Source: an uncultured Chroococcidiopsis sp. (lineage in GTDB: Bacteria > Cyanobacteriota > Cyanobacteriia > Cyanobacteriales > Chroococcidiopsidaceae). From it: a stretch of 64,000 nt of DNA. The notes beneath the pieces were generated by a model. That model had not been told where the DNA came from, searched no databases, and saw only the letters and a list, made by a program, of their open reading frames with translations. Numbering within the stretch: the first letter of the stretch is position 1; the number at the start of each line of letters is the position of its first letter. The translations under genes were made by a program, and so were the position numbers. Where the stretch lies: the NCBI GenBank assembly GCA_964248365.1, contig CAXTYC010000004.1, forward strand, positions 1 to 64,000, written 5' to 3'. This document shows, piece by piece, positions 1-9,098 of the stretch.

Positions 1-570
1 TTAAAAACTGTAGTCCTTATCCTGTATACCTCAGAGCTTTTCTTCGTGCCATTCCCACATGACCTTTGGTATATATCGTTAGGATGACTCTGTGCTGCCG
101 GAGCTTTTTACTGGTGTTTGTTCTTCACATGGGAATTGAAGAACCGTATGGGATACACCCTTTCTGATGCATTCCCCTAGCTCATTACCTTTTGGTGCAG
201 TGTATCAGAACTCATTTCACTGCTGCAACGACGTAACGACAGTAGCAAGTCTTCGCTTTCGCTATCCATAGATACTTACTAGCTAGCTTTCTGGTTGAGA
301 CTACCTTGAACTTTCATTTATTCCCGCTTTGCGGATTGAAGACCACTCTCTACCGCAGGGAATATGTTTTCACTTCTACACCTCAAGGGTAGGACTTGGT
401 TTATTCTGAAGGGTTCTTGCGTTTCCTTCTCATGCTGTCTATGCTTTTGGCTCGGCATGATTTCCTCATTTACAAGGTCATGTAGTTGTCAAGGTTCAAA
501 AACCTGGCGGCTAATCCTACAACCGTTATCCTGTTAGGATTTTGGTTGTTTTCTAGCCAACGAATCGCAC
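1..570 (-). mobile_element. Group II intron, 5' portion (domain I region); the rest, including any RT/maturase ORF, lies beyond the left edge
   Basis: Minus strand starts GTGCGATTCG at 570, matching the GUGYG 5' splice consensus in the form typical of cyanobacterial chloroplast-like introns. It is followed by about 570 nt of non-coding sequence with motifs recalled from such introns (CCCTTGAGGTGTAGAAGTGAAA, GGATAGCGAAAGCGAA, CCAAAAGGTAATGAGCTAGGGGAA). Domains V/VI are not in the window. Confidence 0.75.
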
Positions 571-778
571 AAAAGGCACGTTGCCCGAGGGAAAGGGTAA
601 AGGGTAAAGAGGTATTGCGCTAAAGGGTGACTGTGTGACTGTGTGACTGTGTGAAATTCTCCCCCTCTCCCACTCTCCCCCTCTCCCAGTCTCCCCCTCT
701 CCCACTCACCCCCTAGCCTCTGGTACAGACAAAAATGTAGAGTTAAGAAAGGAAATAAAAAAATTCTAATGGCATCAC

Positions 779-1642
779 ATGGGTAGTATTTGGGAGATAG
801 ATTTCTACTCCCGTCCAATTTTGGATGAGAACCAGAAAAAAGTTTGGGAAGTCTTGGTGTGCGAAAGTCCTTTAGATACACGCACAAACCCCGATCGCCT
901 GTTTCGTTATGCCCAATATTGTCCGAGTACGCAGGTGAACTCCGCCTGGTTGCGGACAGCATTGACTGATGCGATCGCCCAGGCGGGGTCACCTCCGGTC
1001 AAGTTTCGCTTTTTCCGCCGTCAGATGAGTAACATGATTAGCAAAGCTTGTCAAGATTTGGGCATTCCTTCCCAAGCTAGCCGCCGCACCCTTGCCCTGC
1101 TGCAATGGCTGCAACAGCGCTCCTTGGAAGTATATCCACAACAACCAGGCTATCAAAGTGAGACAAATCCGTCTGTCAGGATAGAAGTACCATCACCCCA
1201 ACGCTTACCAGATGCTTTAATGGGACAGCAGTGGGCGATCGTCAATTTAGAAGCATCTGCATTTGAGGAAATGTATGAGTGGGATATTGCCTTTAGTGAG
1301 GCTTTTCCCTTGCAGCTGGGCGGTATAACACCAGAAACAAAAGTTCCAGGGCTAATAATCTTCTCTAGCAGAGCCTTGCCCTTAGCTGGGTGGATGTCAG
1401 GACTAGAGTTAGCCTTCCTCAAGCTTGATACTAGCCCAGTGCCAAGATTGCTCTTGGAAACTGATGCTACAGATAGTTGGATTTTGGCTAATCTGAAAAA
1501 CCCGCAAACTTTGGCAGAAGCCAAGGCTTTTGAAGTAGCAAAGCTTCAAGCTAACAAAGTACACTTTTTAGCTGTTCAGGATAGCCCACAAGCACAATCC
1601 TTTGCTGGCTTTTGGCTGTTGAAAGAACTCAATCTACCGTAA
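779..1642 (+). CDS. Tab2/Atab2-family RNA-binding protein (DUF1092)
   Basis: N-terminal WEIDFYSRPILDENQKKVWE and C-terminal HFLAVQ...FAGFWLL motifs typical of the family. Confidence 0.9.
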   Translation: MGSIWEIDFYSRPILDENQKKVWEVLVCESPLDTRTNPDRLFRYAQYCPSTQVNSAWLRTALTDAIAQAGSPPVKFRFFRRQMSNMISKACQDLGIPSQASRRTLALLQWLQQRSLEVYPQQPGYQSETNPSVRIEVPSPQRLPDALMGQQWAIVNLEASAFEEMYEWDIAFSEAFPLQLGGITPETKVPGLIIFSSRALPLAGWMSGLELAFLKLDTSPVPRLLLETDATDSWILANLKNPQTLAEAKAFEVAKLQANKVHFLAVQDSPQAQSFAGFWLLKELNLP

Positions 1643-1826
1643 ATTTAGTAGCGATTGGCTAAAAGCTATTAGCGAGAGCGCGAGCGCGCTTTTAGCTTTT
1701 AGCTATTAGCAACACTCATTGACACGCTATCTATTAAAGAGCCAAAAAAGCTAGCTCCAAAGAAAATTTACGCGCCAGTTAATAGCTTTTAGCTTTTAGC
1801 TAATAACGAATTATAAAGCAGGGGTC

Positions 1827-3137
1827 ATGGGGTCTGAAAATTTGCTAAAAGATACTGAAGCCGAAAGGCTGCTAGAGCTAGCCGCACGGGCAGGGGCAGA
1901 GGCAGCAGAAGTGTATCAATCGCGCTCGCTAGCTCGACCAGTTTTTTTTGAAGCTAATCGACTTAAGCAACTCGAAAGTGTGCAAAGCGAAGGCACTGCC
2001 CTGCGGCTGTGGCGAGATGGTTGTCCGGGGCTATCCGTGGCTTACGGACAAGTGGAACCCCAAGCCTTGGTAGAAAGAGCTTTAGCACTTAGTCAACTTA
2101 ACGAACCTGAAGCAATTGAACTGGGCAGCAACTTCAAGCCTGGTTATCCTGATGTAGGGATTGCTGTACCAGTAGAACAACTGGTGAAATGGGGAAGGGA
2201 GGCGATCGCAATCATTCGGGATGCAAATCCTGAAGTTCTCGTTAGTGCTGAGTGGGATAGCGAAGTAGAAACCACGCGCCTAGTTAACTCTCAAGGTCTT
2301 GATTGCTTTTACACTGACACTACACTGGGCTGCTATATAGGAGTGGAATGGGTACGGGGTGATGATTTTTTGAGTGTGTCTGATGGTCAAACCCAGCGCG
2401 ATAGTTTGCATCCCGAAATAATTGCCCAGCAAGTTTTACAGCGGCTGGAATGGGCAAAGAAAAATGTTGCACCCCTAAATGGACGTGTGCCAGTTTTGTT
2501 CACTTCTAAAGCAGCTGATATGCTTTGGAGTACGGTACAAGCAGCACTAAATGGTAAACGGGTATTAGAGAAGGCTTCGCCTTGGGCTGAACGCATAGGC
2601 AAATCGGTGATGGCAGCAGATTTGACCTTGTCTCAAGATCCACTTGCAGGACCATTCAGCTGTCCGTTCGATGATGAAGGTACTCCTACCCAACCACTGA
2701 TATTTATCCAAAAAGGGATTTTACAAGATTTTTATTGCGATCGCACCACTGGTCGCCTGCTGAAAACTTACAGCACTGGTAACGGTTTTCGCCCCAGTTT
2801 GGGCAGTTATCCCACCTGTGGTTTATTTAACTTGCTCCTTAGTCCTGGGAATAAATCATTATCAGATTTAATTACCTTGCTCGATGATGGACTGATTGTG
2901 GATCAAATGCTGGGTGGCGGTGGTAGTATTTCTGGCGATTTTTCCATCAACGTCGATTTAGGCTACCGAGTCAAAAAAGGTCAAGTTGTAGGCCGAGTCA
3001 AAGATACAATGGTTGCTGGCAACGTTTACACAGCGTTAAAACAATTAGTTGCACTGGGTAGCGATGCCCAGTGGAACGGATCTTGCTACACTCCGTCTCT
3101 GATTGTGGAAGGACTTTCAACAACGGGGAGAAGTTAA
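1827..3137 (+). CDS. TldD/PmbA family protein
   Basis: PFDDEGTP, TGNGFR and SGDFS motifs; 436 aa. Confidence 0.9.
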   Translation: MGSENLLKDTEAERLLELAARAGAEAAEVYQSRSLARPVFFEANRLKQLESVQSEGTALRLWRDGCPGLSVAYGQVEPQALVERALALSQLNEPEAIELGSNFKPGYPDVGIAVPVEQLVKWGREAIAIIRDANPEVLVSAEWDSEVETTRLVNSQGLDCFYTDTTLGCYIGVEWVRGDDFLSVSDGQTQRDSLHPEIIAQQVLQRLEWAKKNVAPLNGRVPVLFTSKAADMLWSTVQAALNGKRVLEKASPWAERIGKSVMAADLTLSQDPLAGPFSCPFDDEGTPTQPLIFIQKGILQDFYCDRTTGRLLKTYSTGNGFRPSLGSYPTCGLFNLLLSPGNKSLSDLITLLDDGLIVDQMLGGGGSISGDFSINVDLGYRVKKGQVVGRVKDTMVAGNVYTALKQLVALGSDAQWNGSCYTPSLIVEGLSTTGRS

Positions 3138-3576
3138 CACAAGCGTGGAATTTTGGGCAGGGGAGCAGGGGGGCAGAGGGTGCAATAATCAATGAACAAT
3201 GAACAATTGATAATTGATAATTGATAATTGATAATTGTTTCCTTTCCCCTTCCCCGTTAATTTACAGATTTTGATCTAAGGTATAAAAGAATTTGAATAA
3301 GTGGTTGAGAAACTTTCAATAATTTGTCGGCTGACAATTAAATTAAAATTTATATCAATTAATTGAATAATTTAAAGAAAATAGTAACAAAATGTTGCAA
3401 TTAAAGAGTTAACTTAAGAAGGGAGTAGTCAGAAGTCTCCAAGTCAGAAGGTGAGGAGGTGAAAAGGTGAGGAGGTGAGGAGTTGTGAATACGGAAATTA
3501 ATGATTCTCCCCCTCTCCCACTCTCCCCTGATTCCCCCTGCTCCCACAGCGAACCCTGCCCTCTTCTAACCCCTGC

Positions 3577-6306
3577 TTGCTGATGCTTGCTTTACGCCAG
3601 TACTTTCGTCGATGGTTGCGTCCGCGCCGTACCAGCGCGATCGCTCAAGCCTGTCTGATTGGTTTAATCGCAGCACTATCTGCCGTCTTACTTAAAGTTG
3701 CCACAGGATGGCTTGGTACATGGCGAGTCCATGCCTCCTATATACTCCCAGTTTGGCTAGTTCTACCATCGATTGGACTAGGTTTTGGGTTTCTTGCTGG
3801 ATTGCTAGTCGAACGGTTAGCGCCTGAAGCGGCTGGTAGCGGCATTCCTGATGTCAAGGCTACCCTTGCCAATGTGCCAGTTAACTTATCCTGGCGCGTA
3901 GCAATTGTCAAGTTGTTAAGTGCTACGTTCGCGCTGGGTTCAGGGCTAACTTTAGGTCGTGAAGCACCAACTATTCATATAGGAGCAGCATTAGCAGCTG
4001 GGCTAAGTCGCTTGGTTCCTACCTCTCCCGATTACCGCCGACAGATGATTGCTGCGGGTGCTGGGGCTGGATTAGCAGCTGCTTTCAATGCCCCAATTAC
4101 GGGTGTCCTGTTTGTGGTGGAGGAGCTACTCCAAGATTTATCAAGCCTGACGCTGGGTGTTGCTATTATTGCCTCCTTTATTGGTGCAGTCGTTTCTCGG
4201 CTGTTAGGCGGTCGGAGTCTGGAACTTAATCTAGTATTAGCTGCTTATGAATCTAGCTTTTGGATTACAGAAATTCCGTTTTACTTACTGTTGGGTATCT
4301 TGGCAGGGTTGCTAGGTTCGTTATTTAATCGCGGAATTATTGCTAGTCTAAAATTTTACAAACAACTGCGCTTGAGTTTACCCTGGCGGGTGGCATTAGC
4401 TGGGTGCGTTTCTGGGATTGCGATCGCACTACTACCTTCTGCCTTTAGAGATAATACGGGATTGAGGGAGTCTTTAATTACAGGAGAAACCCAACCTTCC
4501 TTGGCAGCAATCGTGTTTGTCAGTCAGTTTTTCCTCACCCTAGTTGCCTATGGATCAGGAGCACCAGGAGGTTTATACGCTCCCAGCCTAATTTTGGGTT
4601 CAGCACTGGGATATCTTGTAGGCATTGGCGAACACGTTGTATTAGGACTGAGTTCCCCCGCTACTTACGCCTTGGCAGGTATGGGGGCATTTTTAAGTGC
4701 CGCTGCCAAAGTGCCAATTACAGCAATTATGATTGTGTTTGAGATGACCACAGACTTCAATCTAGTGCTGCCGTTGATGATTGGCTCTGTAACGGCTTAT
4801 ATAATTGCTGAAAAAATTGCTCCTGGCTCTTTGTATGACAAACTTTTGGAGTTGAATGGCATTTACTTAGAAACAGAACCCGCCGCTGCTGGATTATTAG
4901 CCCAGTTGACAGCAACAGACGTGATGCAACCACGAGTGGAAACACTGACAGTGCAGATGACTTTAGATGAAGCCATCCAAGCGTTTTCTCACTCCCATCA
5001 TCGTGGGTTTCCCGTCGTAGATCAAGGTAAGCTAGTCGGCATTATCACTCAAAGTGATTTGGTGAAAATGCGCGATCGCGCTTTGGCTGGTGATACTCCG
5101 ATTAGCGAAATTATGACACCGCAACCAGTAACAGTCAGTCCGAGGGCAACACTCGCCAATGTTCTTTATTTACTAGATCGGTATCAACTGAGTCGCTTAC
5201 CAGTAGTTGAGCGTCGCAAGTTAATCGGAATTATTACCCGTGCTGATATTATTCGGGCGGAAGCAGATAAACTTTGTGGGGAGATAGGACAAACTGGACC
5301 ACGCCCTGAACCTTCCTATGTAGTATATCAAACGCGATCGCCCAGCATTGGACGAGGAAGATTATTAGTGCCAATAGCTAATCCCCAAACGGCTGAAGCA
5401 CTGTTGGAAATAGCAGCTGCCATTGCCCACGATCGTCATTACGAATTGGAATGTATTCAAGTTCTTAGCGTCTCTCGCCACAGTTCGCCAGCTGAAACTC
5501 AAGTGAGGACAACAAAAAGTCGGCGCTTGCTACGGATGGCTGAAGTTTTAGGACGCAAGTGGAAAATTCCAGTTCATACACAGATCCGAGTTTGCCATGA
5601 TGTGGCAGGGGCGATTTTGGAGATCATCGAAGAACAACACATTGACTTACTATTGATGGGTTGGAAAGGTAATACCATCACACCTGGTCGAATTTTTGGC
5701 AGCACGGTAGATACCTTAATTAGGCAAGCCCCTTGTGACGTTGTACTAGTTAGATTTGGCGGCGAGAGGCTAGAGGCTAGAGGCACGAAGCTTGAGGCTA
5801 GAGGCTTGAGACTTGAGGCTAGAAGAGGGCAGGGGGGCAGAGTTGCCCAGGGGCAGAGGGGCAAGGGGGAAATTACGAATTACGAACCAGGAATTACGAA
5901 TTTTAATCACTGGTTAGTTCCAATAGCAGGTGGTCCCAATTCCAAAGCAGCAATACAACTTTTACCAGCTTTGGTTAGTTTGGGGGAAAGGGCAGAAGTA
6001 CAACTTTGTCAAGTGTTTCAGTCAGCGGATGCAAAGCCAGATCTGAAAGTTTTGCAACAAGCAAACCGCGATCTTGGGCGACATCGCCATTTGGCGGGGA
6101 AGGTAATCGCTATCCCAGTGATAGCCAGTTCTGTTGTCGAGGGTGTGATCGATCTGGTAAAAGCTCAAAATATTGATGTGATCGTGCTGGGAGCGAGTCG
6201 GGAAGGATTGCTGCAACAGACGATTAATGGGAATATTCCCGCTGCGATCGCTCGTAGTGTAGATTGCACTGTGATTCTGGTACGGGGTGCGATCAGTAAA
6301 GCATAA
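3577..6306 (+). CDS. ClC-family chloride channel/antiporter with CBS pair and two C-terminal universal-stress (USP) domains
   Basis: GSGIP, GREAP and GLYAP ClC signatures; CBS repeats (HRGFPVVD, SRLPVVE); USP-like LLVPIANP...DLLLMGW and LVPIAGGPN...DVIVLGAS. Start may be ATG 3583. Confidence 0.9.
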   Translation: MLMLALRQYFRRWLRPRRTSAIAQACLIGLIAALSAVLLKVATGWLGTWRVHASYILPVWLVLPSIGLGFGFLAGLLVERLAPEAAGSGIPDVKATLANVPVNLSWRVAIVKLLSATFALGSGLTLGREAPTIHIGAALAAGLSRLVPTSPDYRRQMIAAGAGAGLAAAFNAPITGVLFVVEELLQDLSSLTLGVAIIASFIGAVVSRLLGGRSLELNLVLAAYESSFWITEIPFYLLLGILAGLLGSLFNRGIIASLKFYKQLRLSLPWRVALAGCVSGIAIALLPSAFRDNTGLRESLITGETQPSLAAIVFVSQFFLTLVAYGSGAPGGLYAPSLILGSALGYLVGIGEHVVLGLSSPATYALAGMGAFLSAAAKVPITAIMIVFEMTTDFNLVLPLMIGSVTAYIIAEKIAPGSLYDKLLELNGIYLETEPAAAGLLAQLTATDVMQPRVETLTVQMTLDEAIQAFSHSHHRGFPVVDQGKLVGIITQSDLVKMRDRALAGDTPISEIMTPQPVTVSPRATLANVLYLLDRYQLSRLPVVERRKLIGIITRADIIRAEADKLCGEIGQTGPRPEPSYVVYQTRSPSIGRGRLLVPIANPQTAEALLEIAAAIAHDRHYELECIQVLSVSRHSSPAETQVRTTKSRRLLRMAEVLGRKWKIPVHTQIRVCHDVAGAILEIIEEQHIDLLLMGWKGNTITPGRIFGSTVDTLIRQAPCDVVLVRFGGERLEARGTKLEARGLRLEARRGQGGRVAQGQRGKGEITNYEPGITNFNHWLVPIAGGPNSKAAIQLLPALVSLGERAEVQLCQVFQSADAKPDLKVLQQANRDLGRHRHLAGKVIAIPVIASSVVEGVIDLVKAQNIDVIVLGASREGLLQQTINGNIPAAIARSVDCTVILVRGAISKA

Positions 6307-6392
6307 TTCGAGCGCAGATTTCGTTAGAATGAATGAGAGCGATTAGCAACTAGCTTTTAACGATTAGCTTAAGACATCAGTCGAAAAACAGC

Positions 6393-7919
6393 ATGACGCG
6401 AGTGAGAGCGCCAGAACTACCTCAAAATTACCCCTGGCTTAACACCGACAAACCCTTATCAATCAAGCAGCTAAAAGGCAGAGTTGTAATTCTGGACTTT
6501 TGGACTTACTGCTGTATCAACTGCTTGCACGTTCTACCAGATCTCAAGTATTTGGAACAGAAGTATAAAGACAGCCTAACAGTAATCGGCGTTCACTCGG
6601 CAAAATTTGACAACGAAAAGGAAATTGAAAACATTCGCGGGGCCATTCTTCGCTACGACATCGAACATCCAGTATTAGTGGACAGTGGCTTTAGAGTTTG
6701 GCAACAGTATGCCGTTCGTGCTTGGCCCACATTAATGGTAATTGATCCACAAGGATATGTGATTGGCGCTGTCTCCGGTGAAGGTAATCGAGATGTTCTT
6801 GATCAACTAATTGAACAGGTGATTAAAGAACACAAAGAGAAAGGCACAATCAATTTTCAACAATTAAGCCTGACTCTGGAGAAACAGCGACAACCCTTGA
6901 TTACACCCTTGGCATTTCCAGGTAAGGTGTTAGCCACCTCAGCTGGACTGTTCATCGCTGATTCTGGACATCACCGGATTGTTGTCAGTAATTTAGATGG
7001 AGAAATTCTGCATCTAATTGGTACTGGACAACCAGGATTAACCGATGGTTCCTTCACACAAGCGCAGTTTTCTGCCCCACAGGGAATGGCATTTGACGAA
7101 GACAACTCTTTGCTGTATGTGGCAGATACAGAAAACCATGCTATACGCACAATTAACCTCAAAAGTCAAGTAGTTGGAACGATCGCCGGAACAGGAAAAC
7201 AAAGCCATAATATTCGTCCTCATAGTGGTTCTGGGCTGGAAACTCCTTTAAACTCCCCTTGGGATTTGGCAAAGGTGGGTAATTCCCTGTTCATTGCAAT
7301 GGCGGGTTCACACCAAATTTGGCAAATTTGGCTAGAAAATGGTATTGTGCAAACATTGGCTGGTACTGGTGCAGAAGCTTGTGTTGATGGTTCGCTACCC
7401 AGTTGTGCATTTGCTCAACCAAGTGGCATTACCAATGATGGAAACGAGCTATTTGTAGCTGACAGTGAAGTTAGTTCTATTCGCGGTGTCGGTTTACTTG
7501 AACCGCAAGTGCGTACAGTATGCGGTAGTGGGGATTTATTCGGCTTTGGCGACATTGATGGTGCAGGCGAACAGGTGCGGCTACAGCATTGCTTAGGGGT
7601 AGAATACGCTCAGAATTATCTGTGGGTAGCTGATACTTACAACCACAAAATTAAACTTGTAAGCCCCCACAGCGGGAATTGTCAAACAGTATTAGGAGAT
7701 GGTACTGCTGGTTTACAAGACGGTGGGGGTAAGAGTAGTCGCTTTAGTGAACCCTCTGGTTTGAGTTTGATCGGTTCCTACCTGTATGTAGCTGACACAA
7801 ATAATCATGCCATCCGCCGTGTAGAACTGGATACGCTGAGTGTGACAACCTTGCAACTTCCAGGGTTATGCGCCCCAGATGTTTGTATTCCATCAGAGAT
7901 TGCTACTGCTAATACTTAA
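6393..7919 (+). CDS. Thioredoxin-like + NHL-repeat beta-propeller protein (NHLRC2/SOQ1-like)
   Basis: DFWTYCCINC thioredoxin motif, GVHSAKF, repeated YVADTxNH NHL units. Confidence 0.9.
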   Translation: MTRVRAPELPQNYPWLNTDKPLSIKQLKGRVVILDFWTYCCINCLHVLPDLKYLEQKYKDSLTVIGVHSAKFDNEKEIENIRGAILRYDIEHPVLVDSGFRVWQQYAVRAWPTLMVIDPQGYVIGAVSGEGNRDVLDQLIEQVIKEHKEKGTINFQQLSLTLEKQRQPLITPLAFPGKVLATSAGLFIADSGHHRIVVSNLDGEILHLIGTGQPGLTDGSFTQAQFSAPQGMAFDEDNSLLYVADTENHAIRTINLKSQVVGTIAGTGKQSHNIRPHSGSGLETPLNSPWDLAKVGNSLFIAMAGSHQIWQIWLENGIVQTLAGTGAEACVDGSLPSCAFAQPSGITNDGNELFVADSEVSSIRGVGLLEPQVRTVCGSGDLFGFGDIDGAGEQVRLQHCLGVEYAQNYLWVADTYNHKIKLVSPHSGNCQTVLGDGTAGLQDGGGKSSRFSEPSGLSLIGSYLYVADTNNHAIRRVELDTLSVTTLQLPGLCAPDVCIPSEIATANT

Positions 7920-8010
7920 ATAATAGACTTCTTGCGTAAGCAGCGCGCTCCTTTTTGCGTCCGAACGATCGCGCCTTTGCGCCTTTGCGAGAAACAAAAA
8001 AATCGCTCTA

Positions 8011-9066
8011 TCAATCCCCCCCAGCCTGATTCGTAATTAACCTTTGCACACTCACAATCGCCCGATTTAATTCATAATTCCTTTGTTCTGGATGATTGAG
8101 ATATGCAACCTGTTCTTCTTCAATCATCTGGATATCCTGACGAACTAACCCATCTAGCAACTTTTGCGCCGAACCGAATAAACTATTTTTTACAAACCGA
8201 CGAAACCACACAGGTAACTTATGCAATCGCCAAAATGCATTTAGCGAAGTAAAGTGTATAAGATAAGCACGGGTTTTTACTTCATCTATCGGACAGAGCA
8301 AACAGTAAATCTTGAAGTCTGCACCTAATGTTGAAACCCAGTGCGGGTATATATAACTTACATCTAAAGGTTCAGGGTGGAGACGGCGTAAAGCTGGGAA
8401 AAATAGTTGAGAGATTGACCAGATTTTATCAATTTTGTAATAGCTTTGCGCTTGATAATGTGCATCTACGCGCCCCTCGTCTTCGTAGAGATCTTGCAAC
8501 ACTGGATCAGCCCATGCTTGATAATCTTGATGTAAATGTCCATGATACATATCCATCAGATTTTCAATTAGATAAGAGTAGTGGGCATCACAGTCTATAA
8601 CTGAAACAGTGGCAATATAGTTAAGGTGTTCCCACTCCCGAAGCCCCAAAAGATTTTTCTGCGGTGCTAAGGTAATATCCCCAGGAAACAGCCAGATAAA
8701 CCCATCTCGTTCCTGCACAGGGTATTGACGAATTTTACAACTTGGTAGTTTTTGATTTTCTGCCAGATAAGGAACAGCGACACATTCACCATTTTCGCCA
8801 AAGCGCCAGCCATGATAAGCACATTCCAAGCGATCGCCAATCATCCGCCCATGACTAAGTTTAACCTGGCGATGGGGGCATCGATCTTCTAGCGCGTGTA
8901 TTATACCACGAGCATCTCGATAAAGTACGATCGCTTGATGCCAAAGAGTAATACCTAAAGGTTTTTCCTTCACCTCAATGCTACGAGCAACCACATACCA
9001 GTGATTGGGGTTAATTGGACAAGCGCGAATATCTCGGCTTTGGGTAGCTGGGGATAGAGAAGACAT
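8011..9066 (-). CDS. Rieske non-heme iron oxygenase (possible CruH-like carotenoid hydroxylase)
   Basis: Rieske CPHR...CAYHGW and mononuclear iron ENLMDMYHGHLH; likely ATG at 9066 with GGAGG upstream; directly downstream of the cruE-like gene. Confidence 0.8.
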   Translation of the reverse strand: MSSLSPATQSRDIRACPINPNHWYVVARSIEVKEKPLGITLWHQAIVLYRDARGIIHALEDRCPHRQVKLSHGRMIGDRLECAYHGWRFGENGECVAVPYLAENQKLPSCKIRQYPVQERDGFIWLFPGDITLAPQKNLLGLREWEHLNYIATVSVIDCDAHYSYLIENLMDMYHGHLHQDYQAWADPVLQDLYEDEGRVDAHYQAQSYYKIDKIWSISQLFFPALRRLHPEPLDVSYIYPHWVSTLGADFKIYCLLCPIDEVKTRAYLIHFTSLNAFWRLHKLPVWFRRFVKNSLFGSAQKLLDGLVRQDIQMIEEEQVAYLNHPEQRNYELNRAIVSVQRLITNQAGGD

Positions 9067-9098
9067 CAAGCGATCGCCTCCTAAGCGTTCTTTGCAGT

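Noticed and set aside
534..992. 152-aa minus-strand ORF
   Set aside because: Overlaps the Tab2 gene antisense and runs through simple repeats and the intron boundary; no protein motif
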